A stretch of DNA of 63,322 nucleotides, counting the filler, from Aduncisulcus paluster (lineage: Eukaryota), in the NCBI GenBank assembly GCA_024181965.1. It is 31 parts of 31 records of this genome, joined end to end, with 100 filler letters (N's around TTAATTAATTAA, not from the genome) between each part and the next. Parts side by side here need not be neighbours in the genome. Positions count along the whole stretch, not along the records: positions 22,309 to 24,436 come from BQXS01012091.1; positions 24,537 to 26,379 come from BQXS01012092.1; positions 26,480 to 27,961 come from BQXS01012093.1; positions 28,062 to 32,245 come from BQXS01012094.1; positions 32,346 to 33,749 come from BQXS01012095.1; positions 33,850 to 35,560 come from BQXS01012096.1; positions 35,661 to 38,198 come from BQXS01012097.1; 24 more parts are not named here. One strand, given 5' to 3'. How positions within the stretch are numbered: position 1 is the stretch's first letter; each line of letters opens with the position of its first letter. Both the position numbers and the translations under genes were made by a program. Below, piece after piece: positions 23,196 to 35,895 of the stretch. The notes beneath the pieces are model-generated. The model saw only the letters and a list, made by a program, of their open reading frames with translations, did not search any database and was not told where the DNA came from.

Positions 23196-24436
23196 TTACT
23201 TCTTTGCTGTTTTCTGCTCTTTTTCCAACAGCTCCCACTCTTTCTTACTGAAGAGGTAATGCAGAGTTTTATGGCCAACTACATACTTTTCATAAGCTTC
23301 TGTATCCTTTATATCCGACCAGGATTGCCAAGTATTCTCCTTTGAAGAGTATCCTTCCCATTTAACTCTGAACTTGATCGACCTTTTCCCTTTTCCTCGA
23401 TGAGCCACGATTTTTTCTACTTTAAACTCTCTTCTATCAGCCTGTTCAGACCTCTTTTGGAGTTCTTCTAGTGTTTCTTCCTCTGGTTCCTTAAATTTTC
23501 TCAGGTCTGAGATGTGTGACGTAATAAATTCACCCCCATTAATAGATTCCAGCTCAAAATAATAGTCCCTGACCTTATTTTTGATAGTAAAAGGTCCAAG
23601 GTTTGTTGGATCAACCTTTCTCTTCTTGTTCTTGTTAAACAACAATACTTTTTCGCCAATTTCGAAAGTACTTTCTTGTTCATTGATTTCTTTTTGTTTA
23701 TCTATCCCTTTGTCTTGTATTTTTGTTATTTTAGAGTACATCTGTTCCCTGAAAAGTTGATTCTTTCTCATAAACTCTTTCCAAGTTTCTCCATATGAAG
23801 TCTTTTCTTCTTCATCTTTAATAATCTCTGTTAATGGTGTTTGCTTTGCCTGCACACCATACAAGATCTCGAACGGCGAGAAGCCAAAGCGTTCTGATTT
23901 TCTATTGTTCAGCGTTGCCATGATTAGTGGCACCAAAGGAGCCCATTCTTCCTTATTCCAGCCGGATGTAAAGTAGTACTTTAATTGTTGTAGTATTTCT
24001 CTATTGAACCGTTCAACAATTCCGTTCGCTTGATGGTGGTCAACAACGGCAATTGTATGTTCAATTCCAAACTTTGTCGTGAGTTCATTCATCAGCGAAT
24101 TCTTGTATTGACTACCAGCATCCGTTCTGATTCTTCTGGGAATCCCATGGCGAGCGATTACCAGACATATGCATTCTACCGCCTCCTTTGCTGTCGTCGA
24201 GCGGCATGGAAACAATTCGATAAATCTCGAGAAATTGTCTATAAGCACTATGATATAACTGCAGCCCGTTTCTTTATCCATGGTTAATGGACCAAAAGTA
24301 TCAATTGAAATCTCGTCAAAAGGTCTTGTTCTAGAAAGTGTACCCATTGTTCTTGGCTTGTGAAGGGGTTTCAACTTCTGACATTCTAAACATTCAGAAG
24401 TGATTCTTTCTACCGATTCTCTTTTCTTTGACCAGG
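23196..24436 (-). mobile_element. Ty3/gypsy integrase with chromodomain (5'-partial)
   Basis: C..C, ISIDTFGP, RTDAGSQY, NGIVERFN, LGPF, FKVEKIVAHR...VKWEGY..ENTW. Confidence 0.96.
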
Positions 24437-24537
24437 NNNNNNNNNNNNNNNNNNNNNNNNNNNNNNNNNNNNNNNNNNNNTTAATTAATTAANNNNNNNN
24501 NNNNNNNNNNNNNNNNNNNNNNNNNNNNNNNNNNNNT

Positions 24538-26379
24538 GATGAATGTCTTGATCTGTCCAGTCTTGATATCACTGACTTATCTGGACTTGAATATCTCACG
24601 AACATCTCATGCATCGATCTGAGTGGAAACACTTCCTTGAGTAATATCTCTGTTCTTGACTCCTTGAGTGAGTTTAACCATCTGACTGCTCTGAACATCT
24701 CCGATACAGCCGTGGATGACTTGACACAGATCTCGTCTCTGTCTGGTGTTCTGACCTCTCTGAGTGTTAGTAACAACCCAAGTATCTCAGTCTCTGATAT
24801 TGCATCTATTTTTGGATCATCCTTGACTGAGCTTGATGTGAGTGGCATAGAGTTGGATGATCTGTCGTGGCTCAATGAATATGATTCTAGTTCTGGTTCT
24901 GTCTCAATCCTGTTCCCAATGTTAGAGTGTCTGAATGTGAGCGATAACAACATCTCTGATCCTTCTCCATTGCTTTCTCTTTCATCGACTCTCACCACAC
25001 TCGAACTTAGTGGGAACAATATCAGTGGAATTGATAATATGGAGGAAGTGGAGTTGTTCATATCTCACTTCCCACAGTTGACAAGTGATGAGTCTACCAT
25101 CTTTGCTGGGAATGAACCATTGTGTGATGATGATTCCATCTCACTCTCATCCAATATCGTCTGCTCTGAGCTCTGGTCTGGCAAGTATTCTGCAACATGC
25201 TGTTCATCATGTTACACCGATGTGAGTTCATCCTCATTATCGTGTGTGCTCATCGATGATGATGAAACTTCTGCATCCTTGTATGCTGTGTGCTCTAGTC
25301 TCTCGGGTACCAACAAGAAGTGCATTGGAATAGGCTCTGATGCGTCTGTTGATGGAATATCCATTGTGTGTTCTGAAGGATGGTATGGCGATGATTGTCT
25401 GTCTGAATGTCCTGTTGATGAGTATGGGTATGAATGTGGGAATTATGATGGGACCGATACTTGTGACTCTGAAACACACACATGCACCTGCTCTTCATCT
25501 TCATCGTCACCTCTCATGACTGGTGACCTGTGTGAGATTGAGAGTGGAGTGACACTACTGTCTTCCCTTGGGATGGATGTTGCCCTCGTTGAAGCTATCT
25601 GTGAGTCCATATATGCTAATGATGCAGATTTTCAATCGTTATGTTCTTCTTCTTCTGATGAAAACATTCTCTCCTCGTTGACTGTGGATGATCTCTCCAC
25701 CATCACATCTCTCACGATCCCAACAACTGTATCTTCTCTATCAGGGCTTGAATATGCCGAGCACCTTGAAATCCTTTCGTTTGAACCTGGGAACACTCTC
25801 ATCTCCGATCTATCACCCATAGCATCCTTATCCTCGTTGTATGTGCTTGAGCTTGATTCACTTGAAAACATGGATGTATCACTTCTGAGCACATTGACGG
25901 ATGCTGTCGGTGCTCTGAAGATGGATCTTGAGTCTGACACTTCACGCTGGAATGGAACGTCTGAATCGTACTGTGTCGGTTTGTGCTCGTTGCGTTCCTT
26001 GGAGATCAGTGGGAGTGATGATTCCATTGGTTCCGACCTGTCATCATTCACTTCTTTGCTGAACAACATTGCCATGTGCAGTGGTCAGTGTGTCGGCAGT
26101 TATGATGATGGAACGAAAGTGTATCCATTGTCATCCACTCTGACACATCTTGATCTGTCCTCCAATGATATCTCTGACCCTACCATCGTTTCACTCCAGC
26201 CTGGTCTCTCTGGTGTGACACATCTGACTCTGAGTGACAACTCCATCTCTGACCTAGTTCTGTTGCAACAAGCTATTGATGGTCTTGAGAATGTCGCATA
26301 TGTTGATGTGAGTGACAATAGACTTGATTGTGGGTCGACTGTGTCTGAGTGTTTCGCAACCCTTAATAACCTTTGTGAC
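24538..26379 (+). CDS. Leucine-rich-repeat surface protein with EGF-like Cys-rich spacer (partial)
   Basis: LxxLDLSxNxISD repeats; CSEGWYGDDC...CTC...GDLC. Confidence 0.9.
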
Positions 26380-26480
26380 NNNNNNNNNNNNNNNNNNNNN
26401 NNNNNNNNNNNNNNNNNNNNNNNTTAATTAATTAANNNNNNNNNNNNNNNNNNNNNNNNNNNNNNNNNNNNNNNNNNNNA

Positions 26481-27083
26481 TCCGATAGGTTTTTATGGGA
26501 TCGCCGAAAACTGGGAGCTATAGTTGATGAATTTGCAGTTATGACGGCTTGCGATCTTGGTGTTCCCTTGGCAGCCGACGTAATTGCTGAAACAATACGA
26601 AGACAATGTACTGCTTTTGTGTTACCAATCGAAATTGAACCCCATGATATACAAGTTGTTCCATATTCTATTGAAAGAGATGGAATTAAAGCAAGGGGAA
26701 AGTTATTAATTGATCCATTTGATCCTTCTCTTGGAGATGTTGCTGAACAGACTATGAAAGATATTGGTCTTGAACGATATGCTGCAGATTTTGAGTGGCA
26801 ATTGCGAGCTTTGCTCCAAAAAAGATGTGTCGCAAGACATGGGAATCCAACTGTTTTTCTCCAATCTGCAGAAGATGGGAGTAAGGAAGTTGACCTGATG
26901 CAATTCGGCCTTGAGATGATGAATCCATCGAGTCACGCTCTTTATTTTGGTGACCAAGAAAAATATATTTCAAGCATTCCAAAAGAATTAAGAAAAACTA
27001 CATTTTTTAGAGTTGGAACTGAAGCTGTCAAGTGGGGTGACCAAATCTCGATTGCCTCGATGTATCCAATAATAATCAAATAA
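26481..27083 (+). CDS. SNF5: SNF5/Sfh1-like SWI/SNF subunit, C-terminal part
   Basis: DRFLWD...EFAVMTACDLG...IAETIRRQ and a second repeat AEQTMKDIGL. Confidence 0.75.
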   Translation, partial: SDRFLWDRRKLGAIVDEFAVMTACDLGVPLAADVIAETIRRQCTAFVLPIEIEPHDIQVVPYSIERDGIKARGKLLIDPFDPSLGDVAEQTMKDIGLERYAADFEWQLRALLQKRCVARHGNPTVFLQSAEDGSKEVDLMQFGLEMMNPSSHALYFGDQEKYISSIPKELRKTTFFRVGTEAVKWGDQISIASMYPIIIK

Positions 27084-28061
27084 GAATCAAAAATAGTTTC
27101 TAATATTACAGTGAAGCATTCAATAATTAATTATTTTTACTCTTTAATTTGTTTTAAATTTGTTGGGAGGTATGGCTTCAATTCACCCACCGTACAACAG
27201 AAAAATATTTCTTCAATTTTTGTATTGGGCTTAATAATGCCTATTAGGTGGGTTGTGCAACAATAAGTTGTTACTAATTCTCAAAGTTTGTTTCTCAGAA
27301 GAACAAAATGATCCCAAAACTGATCTTTTCAAACTCTCATCAAATAGTTCCTCTTCTATCATCAATGAGAAGTATATTCTCATTATTAACTCAACATAAG
27401 AGGCATTTTTGTACCTTTTGATAATAAAAAACAATGTACGTCGTACATCATTGGATGATGCCTCTCTTGACGAGGGACCGTGATAACAATAGGGGCATAG
27501 CTCTATACACTTCCTCACAGTGGCTTGGTTGTATGAAGATCTAGCCATTCTCTCCTTCAAGCAGACTACCCGAGCTACTTCTCCGAGAATTATTCTCGGG
27601 TCACTCGAGAATACCCGGAATAAGACCTATATTGCACTATAATAATGTCGAACGCAAAACAATCGGAAGCTAGATGTTAAAAACGTCGTAAATTATTTTG
27701 GAAAACACTACATAATGCGTGTGTATGAAATTCTGTGTATGATTTTGAGTCCGAATCAAATAAATCTTCTCAGTTTGTCTCTGAAAATATAATTTTACGT
27801 TATTTTATGTTTATCATTTCACCTTAAAAAGAGATTGAATTTGTTCAATATGTTTGTCGGAAGTTCGCTGTCTCTATCCATATTTGGTTATATATGGAAT
27901 TTAATGATCAAATATTCGGGTATTTGATAACAATATGTACATATTTCCAGACATTTAAATANNNNNNNNNNNNNNNNNNNNNNNNNNNNNNNNNNNNNNN
28001 NNNNNTTAATTAATTAANNNNNNNNNNNNNNNNNNNNNNNNNNNNNNNNNNNNNNNNNNNN

Positions 28062-31000
28062 AAACGAAGACAGAAACGACAAATTTTGAAACGTGGATTA
28101 GCATATCATTCTTCTCTTGATGATGATGACACAGCAGACCTTCTGATGTCTGGAATGGCTAGTGGAAAAGAATCGAAAGAAGGCTTAGGACCTTCAAAGG
28201 GCACTACTATCAAGTCATTAACGGGTGAATCGGTATTACCAAAACAGAGCGGGAATAGCAAAGATAAAATCTTGAAATTTCATTCCTCAAATAGAATTCT
28301 TGCTGAAGATTTCTCCTGCAAAACTCCTCCTCTTCAAGCATATGAACCCTCAAATATCAATATTAACGTTGGTTCCATTGTGAACAAAGATATTCTTACT
28401 TCTCCTATCTCCTTAACGGATGAGATTAGTGTGATCCCTCGAAATATTGTTTTAGATTCTCCCAAATTTATCAAAGGGATTGTCAAAGATAGGAAAGATT
28501 CAAATAATTCTGCTCTTGGACTGTTGATATCTTCTAAAAAACAAACAACAAGTTCACTATCTTCACATTCTCAAGGGATTGAGCTAGGAAGTGTTGCCAA
28601 ACGTCATTCTAATGTTCTTTCTAGACTTGGAGCGATTGCAAGGGCTAGGCAAGAAGAGGCAGAAGAAGAGAAAGCAAAGGTGAGAGAGGAAGAAAGGAGA
28701 GAGGAAGAGGGGAAAGAGGAAGAAGCTATTTGTTATGAAGATATCAATGATTATTCTCCTTTTGGAAAAAGCTCTGTCTGTTCAGTGGGGAAGAACAAAC
28801 AACAAAGTGAAAGAATATTAGAAAGTGAAGATATAAAGAAGAAAGATCATGATACAAAAAGTAAGTTCTTGTCGCAATTCGTAAAAAGAGTTGTTGAGGA
28901 AGATACGAAGAAAGAAAATGATCGGTTAGGAATCAAATCCCAACATTCAACTATTCCTGCTTCTCGACCTTCTCTCTCTTCCTTAAGATCTCAGCATATT
29001 GATGAAGCTAAAGGGAAATGTGATGTGAAAGATAGTGATATCGAACGTTCAAACAAGGAAAATATTTGTGATGATCGTCATTTCGACCCCCACGCGAAAA
29101 TATACTCTCCTCCCTTGGATATGGAAATTATTGAAGTTAACTCTGGAATTGGAGAATATGAATATCACGATAAAATAGCCAATGAGGGGATAGATGAGCA
29201 CGGAATGGGATTCGATGGATTCGATGGAGGTGGGTTTGGAGATTCTTTTGGACAGGACGACATAGTACGTTTACATTATGGATGTGTGGACGAAGAGGAG
29301 GAGGAGGAAGAAGAGCAGGGTGGAAAAGAAGATTCGTGTTCTCCAAGAGGTATGAATGGGGATGAGAAAGTTCATGTTGATGATGGATTTATGTTTAATC
29401 CATTGAGCGCTCTGACTCCACAAAAGCAACAGCAACTTGATAGATCTCGTGGAAGTCATTCTTTTTCTCCCCATCAAGAAGGGAGAGAAGAAGGAGAGGC
29501 GGGAAGAGAGAGCGAAAAGAAGTGGGATGGAGCTCATGAGAAGGAAGGAGAAGAAGAGAGAGCGCCCATAAGTATACAACAACAAAGATCCCAACATTCA
29601 TCTCACAATACAGCCCTTCCTTTATCTCTTTCTAGCAATAGATCCATCACCAACGGGACCATCAGTATTCGTTCTTCATCCACTCAGCCAATTCAAGCTC
29701 CAGGAAAGCTTCGTTCTTACCACACAACAATAGTTTCTCAAGATGAACCTCTAAATTTAGATCAGAAAGATTCTCGTCGAGTTCCAATGTCAGAGATTAT
29801 TGAGATTCACTCGCAACCTGTGATTGGTAAAAAAGCCTCAGCAACAGGAAGAAGAAGGAAAGAAATTGAGAGAACGAAAGATGGAGAGAAAGAAGAGGAA
29901 GAAGAGGAGCTTCCTACTAGGGATAAAGATCAAATATTCACAGTATCTTCCCAAAGATCTAACAATCCTTTCCGACAAGTTAGCACAAAGGATACTGGAA
30001 TGTCCATTATTTCCAGACCAATTATTCCCCTTCCAATGATTGATTTTAATTCCCAACGATCACAGGCTCTCTCTCAAGGTGCTGGCTTTGACGGTGTTGC
30101 TCGATCAGTCACTATTGATGTTGCAAGGATCTTACATCCTTCAATTGGGGTGTTTCCAGAAAGATGGAACTTTAAGCAACTCATGCATGTTTATAAAATT
30201 ATTACCCCATTGAGAAGCAAGAGACAAGTGGCTAGGCCCTTAGCTGAAGTTATAATACAGGAACATTTCAAGAAACACACGATATTGCCACCTTTCCCAC
30301 CCTCGCTGACTCTCGCATACTGGCAGAAATGCACGGTGACTGAGTTGCTGAAACTCAGTGAGGTTTTGAGAGCTATTATTGTTGAGGAAGAAGATTTATG
30401 GGTTAAAATGTTGTGTTATATCCCTGTTAACCTGGATGAAATTATGCTTAGAATCAAGGANNNNNNNNNNNNNNNNNNNNATTACCCCATTGAGAAGCAA
30501 GAGACAAGTGGCTAGGCCCTTAGCTGAAGTTATAATACAGGAACATTTCAAGAAACACACGATATTGCCACCTTTCCCACCCTCGCTGACTCTCGCATAC
30601 TGGCAGAAATGCACGGTGACTGAGTTGCTGAAACTCAGTGAGGTTTTGAGAGCTATTATTGTTGAGGAAGAAGATTTATGGGTTAAAATGTTGTGTTATA
30701 TCCCTGTTAACCTGGATGAAATTATGCTTAGAATCAAGGAAAGAGTTCGAGTTGAAAAAGTTAAAGAGGAACAGAAAAGGAAAGGAAGGAAAGAAAAAAG
30801 AAAGAAAGAGAAAAAGGAGAAGAAGAAGAAAGCGAAAGGAAGCGATGATACTCTTGGTTCCATCATCACTACACGATTGCAAACCTCACAAAATGAAGGA
30901 TTATCGCAAGAATATATTCACTCTCAACATGATACTCGCCATTCCAGAGATTCTACCTCATCCTCTTCCTCTTCCTCTTCTGTCTTGATCTCTCTGAAGA

Positions 31001-31275
31001 ACTTACATAAGCTTTCTGTTTCTTTTGTTCAGTTTTATCTGCGTCAAAATGGAGTTTCCTTCCAAAAGAAGAGCCAATCATTCCACTCAGATGCAGCGAC
31101 TGCAAGAAGGTCTCAGAAATCACAGGAGAATCTTAGAGAGAGTATCGAAGCTGATCGGAAGAAAATGGAGCGGAGAATGAAGAAAAGAAGACAAAAAAAG
31201 GGAGAATATCAAGAAGTCATGGATGTGGATGCAGCTTCACCAAATCAACTGACTTTGGATCGATTCAATCGATGA
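28062..31275 (+). CDS. SLX4: SLX4-like scaffold, 5'-partial; join 28062-30460 to 30741-31275
   Basis: Long disordered region, SAP-like FPERWNFKQL...RSKRQVARPLAEVI..H, Slx1-binding-like EDLWVKMLCYIPVNLDEI...FVQFYLRQNGVSF. Confidence 0.65.
30201..30740. repeat. 260-bp exact duplication across a 20-N gap (assembly artefact)
   Basis: 30201-30460 equals 30481-30740. Confidence 0.9.
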
Positions 31276-32003
31276 ATCATACATAGTGCAAAACCTCCTA
31301 CAAAACGACAAGTAGCATCATTATCCTCTCGAAAAGGCCGAACTATACGATCAATTCCCCAACCGATATTGCTTCCACCTCTTGTTTCTCTCTCCAAGGA
31401 TTGTGTTTTACTCTTGCGAGTTTTATCTGACATTCGAATTCCTTCTCGATTCGTTGTCGGTCATCGTAACCACATAACAATCTTCAAAAAGATACTTAAA
31501 TGTCGAAATGATGAAGTTTTGAAAGATATTATTGATGATTTAGACGTTTCTATATAAGATGGTGATGATTTTGGGTAATTCAACATTTTTCTTCCCTGAA
31601 AATACATTTTTATGAATATTTTTACAATGTCAGAAGAAGTCGTTGAAGCCGATCGATTATCTCTACTGCCATGGGAACCTCCAAAAGATGTTGTCTTGAG
31701 AAAAGAAGAAGAAGAAGAGAAAGAATAACAATGTGAGGCATCGTTGGGATATCTTGGCTTAAGAGAATCTAATGAAACAAGAAAGGACTTATTTGAACTC
31801 ATCATTTAAATTCTGAGAGATTAACTCACTCATCATTCTGTCACTATTTGTATTTTGACCAATACTATAACTTTCCCTTCTTATGTTGTTTGAACATCTC
31901 TCTAGAGAGAAGTAATTCATCATTTTTCTCCCCTAATAAAACATTTTTATGAAGTTAATATTGGATAATATTCGATTTTTAGGACATTAATAATTTGTGT
32001 GTT

Positions 32004-32028
32004 CTAAAAATAGAATTTCTAAAAATAG
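32004..32028 (+). promoter_or_regulatory. Tandem MEF2-like box dimer
   Basis: TTCTAAAAATAGAATTTCTAAAAATAGAAA. Confidence 0.6.
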
Positions 32029-32346
32029 AAATCATGTTTGTATTTTTGTCTAAAATGATCGAAATAATCGAGTTTTTGGAAATATTCTTATTATCTTCGA
32101 CATTTCCTTGTGTTATTGGTTCTTTGTCTTTGATTTCCATCGTCTTGAACATTGAGATTCGTCGAGAGTTGGAGAAAGAGAAGCAAAAGAGGGATTCACA
32201 CTTCGAAGCCTTCCGAGCACGAGAATGGGATGATGCATTTTCATCNNNNNNNNNNNNNNNNNNNNNNNNNNNNNNNNNNNNNNNNNNNNTTAATTAATTA
32301 ANNNNNNNNNNNNNNNNNNNNNNNNNNNNNNNNNNNNNNNNNNNNG

Positions 32347-33749
32347 ATGGAAAATGTTTGTGATAATTTAAGAAAGAAAGGTTTTGGAACAAAGTGGATG
32401 CCATGTATTGCTCATTTATTAAATTCTCTGATTAAAGCATACACAGAATACTATTTTGAGAGTATTCCAAGCTTTCTTGATGATATAAGTCATGAACTTT
32501 CTCCAAGCAACACCCAGAACCGAGCCTTCCAAAAGAGTGGGAAAATTCCGATAATAAGATACATACCGATCAGATGGGAGAGTATCTTATCACAGTATCT
32601 ATTAGTCTGTAAACATTGGGAAGACATTCTACGATTACTTGAAGGTTATAAAACAAAGACAGAGCGAACAAAAAGTTGTATAGAGTTCTTAAAGAATGAA
32701 GGATACCGTTCATACAGAAAAGTCTTTGAAAAAGAGTTCATTCCATTTGCAATAGATGCATTAAAGAGCGCTCAGCAAGATGTCCCATCTTATGGTGCCT
32801 ATAGCAAAATCAATAACTTCGTGAGAAAAATAGAAGGTGACTGGATGGGATCTAAAACCCCAAAAAAATCATATAAATTGATTACAAAGATATTAAATGA
32901 ATCTCTTTGTATCTATTACTCTGTTATTGCCATGGATCCTTCAAAATGGCAAACAGGACAACCGGAGCCAATTCAATCAAAGGATCCAGATAAAATTGGG
33001 AAAACGACCAAGACAGACATTCGATCGCACATGTCAATGCCTGCCCTTGAACCTTTAGTCCTGGATAGTATCCTTGTATCCACTCCAGCACGATCCATTG
33101 TATACATCGTGTGTGCGAAGAAAAGGGAGAGGAAAAGGTTGATGGAGGGTGCTCAACAGGGCATTTTATTATTTGGAATGCATTTGGGAAGTCGAACATG
33201 GAAGTTGGTTGACGTTTCAATGTCGTTTTGTAAGAAAACAAAGCAAGATCATAAACTCCACCCTCCGTCCTCCCTTGCATATGACACAAAGGGCAGTCTA
33301 TGTTCTAGTGCTGGAATGAGTGTTGATAGAGGATGTGTGCGCGTGATTAACAAGAAAGATAGCCCTGTAATCGTATATGTCGATATGATCGAGAGAATGT
33401 GCATATTTTCAAGAGATAGCGGACATAATTGGTCACACAAGGTCATAAACTCTCGAATGTTACCTGCCTTTGGGCCTCTTCACGTTGTTCGCTCCAATGG
33501 TGATAAGGATACAGGTTCCTTTTTGAGTCTCCAACCCAGGGGTCAGATTCTGAAGTTTGGAAATACCGGTTTGCTTCGGTGGAGAATTCGAAATAATTCC
33601 TCGATGCTCAAAAGTAAGAAGAACGATTTCTCAAGTATTTGTGGTGCTCATGGTGTCATTCACACAAATGGCGAAAGTATGATTGTGTGTGCTAAACTTA
33701 GTGATCACAAGTCCCTGGGAGCCAAAAAGAAGAGTATGGGACTTTTTGG
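32347..33749 (+). CDS. hAT transposase fragment fused in frame to a beta-rich non-transposase region
   Basis: PCIAHLLN (CxxH) and IRWESI (RW) hAT motifs; composition and protein character change near 32960-33030; no ERxFS dimerisation motif. Confidence 0.7.
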
Positions 33750-33849
33750 NNNNNNNNNNNNNNNNNNNNNNNNNNNNNNNNNNNNNNNNNNNNTTAATTA
33801 ATTAANNNNNNNNNNNNNNNNNNNNNNNNNNNNNNNNNNNNNNNNNNNN

Positions 33850-34680
33850 GGTGGTAAGAAAATTGGGAGTATTCCGTTTTGTTTGTAGCCTCTCGTGTCA
33901 TAACTTCCCATGAATCTCGGCACGTTTTTTTGCTTCCTCCACTCTCTTGAGATATCTTAAATCATGATGATATGAGCTAAAATCCTTCCCAGAGTTGGAT
34001 TACTCTCTCATCTCGGACAAGGTCACCTTGTAGAAGAGCGGCTAGTGGTAGGAATTTTCTGTGGTGGTGGCCTTCCCACTTGACTGGTTCCTCTAGAACG
34101 TGGGGGAGTGATAATAGATGAAGCCTACTATTGAATACTCTTGAAGCTGCTTCTGTACTGCCTCTATATTTTCTAAAGAAATAGATAGCGAGACTCAAAT
34201 AGTATTTGGAGGTCCCTTTCAACTCCATGTGCAAAAGATCGATCCCAAATTGCTCACATCCTTCACGAATCTGACATTTTTCTGCTTCAATCCATCCTTT
34301 TTTTGACACTTTGTTTCCAGTTGACAGGATTCCTGAGCAGAACACACAATTATTGGGGAAACTAGCTGTAAGCCCACTTAATTTCACCCTTTGAGGAGTA
34401 TCAGCAGCAAAAGCAAAAACTTTTAGAAATATTTTTACCATCAATGTTCCTGTGTGTATGAGAAAAGGGAATCTTGTTGCATATCTTGTCTGATCTTGCA
34501 TGATATCCCAGGCTGCCATTCCATCTTTGTCTTCTGATGAACATAATCCTCAGATCATGATGCTGTCTAGACCAGTTTCCCATAGATCTCTAACGTAAAT
34601 ACCGCATAGATCACTTAAAATTGACGTGGGTTCACGTATAAACTGGAAAGAATCACTCACATTCACAATGAAAGCTTTTC
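33850..34680 (-). pseudogene. Plavaka/CACTA-type transposase, catalytic middle part, with stops
   Basis: FAFAADTPQRVKLSGL...CVFC...IDLLHMELKGTSK motifs. Confidence 0.75.
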
Positions 34681-35660
34681 CGTGTTCCAACTTATACAGG
34701 ATGGATGTAATGGTATCGAACAATAAGCTCTCGTGTCATGGGTGGGAGTGCCTCAGATGCGATAACTGCAGAAACCAACAGACCATTTAACATCGGGGGC
34801 GCGTGGGATTGTACCTTCTTTTTCCACGAAGACAAAGGTGAAGGCTAAAGCCTGACACTTCACACATGGAACAAGGAGTGTGACCTCCAGCTATAGTCCC
34901 CAGCAAAGGCTGCCCTTTGTGGGGAATTAGTCACTAAATGATGCAAACCAAGCTGTATACGAGCCATTTTCCATTATTATTCCGCTCTCAAGTATCTTTG
35001 TCTCCCTGATTATAATCTTATCTGCAATCGTAGACTGATAGAAACACCATCGACAAGCCAGATCAAAGGAAGCCAAAAATACCTAATATCAGAACAATTT
35101 GAAAAAAAAAAATGTTATGTAATTTTAGAAGTTTAGAAATAGATAATAATATATAAAATGGGTGTTTGGAGGAGAAAAAGACAATTTTCCATTTCCTGTC
35201 TTTTCCTTATTTCCTATTCTGAATATTGTATATACGCAGGTTCTATTGTGATAAGCATTACCTTTTCCAACTTTGTACTCCCCTTCACCATTGGAAAACA
35301 TAATCTTACCTTTAATCGTTTCTTTTCATCTGATACCCAATATTCAATCCTTCATGAACTGAAATCCCATCAGTCTGAACCACTGTCTTAACTGATTTTT
35401 TTTCCACTGAGGGGAATTTCCTATTAAACTGTGTCGTAAATTTACGTTCCAATGACCTTCCCGTGGTCGAGAGATTGTATTATGGATAAATATGGCGAGT
35501 AGAGGAATTCGACAAAGGCACAAGAGCATATTTTGACCGAAACAGTTCTTGTGCCCTTGTNNNNNNNNNNNNNNNNNNNNNNNNNNNNNNNNNNNNNNNN
35601 NNNNTTAATTAATTAANNNNNNNNNNNNNNNNNNNNNNNNNNNNNNNNNNNNNNNNNNNN

Positions 35661-35770
35661 CTCCAACCCAGCTCACCACCTTTTGCTCGGTAGACGGTAA
35701 AATTCTTCATAAATAAATTCCATGAAGAGTAATTAAAGTCCTTCAAATATGGTGGTTCTAAAAGGGACAT
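35661..35770 (-). mobile_element. Ty3/gypsy gag start (3'-partial)
   Basis: MSLLEPPYLKDFNYSSWNLFMKNFTVYRAKGGELGW, homologous to the gag at 2852-3156; ATG 18 nt after the LTR. Confidence 0.75.
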
Positions 35771-35788
35771 TATTTTCAATAATATTAT

Positions 35789-35895
35789 TGTTATAACGTT
35801 GCAAATTTACTGAAACAAACAAATAAACCGAAGCTAAAAATAGCAACATGAGAAATAAAATAAAATCATATAAAAATACCTAAAATATCATAACA
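35789..35895 (-). repeat. 107-bp 5' LTR
   Basis: TGTTAT...ATAACA termini; aligns with LTR 22439-22535 (TTTTATT.CTCAT, CTATTTTTAG, GTTTATT, TAAATT.GCA). Confidence 0.85.

Noticed and set aside
30201..30740. Internal domain duplications in SLX4-like and INO80 (59128-59455)
   Set aside because: Exact copies either side of 20-N gaps are unmerged contig overlaps
35113..35257. Eighth LTR starting TGTTATG after an A-run
   Set aside because: No clean inverted end, no shared core and no adjacent pol
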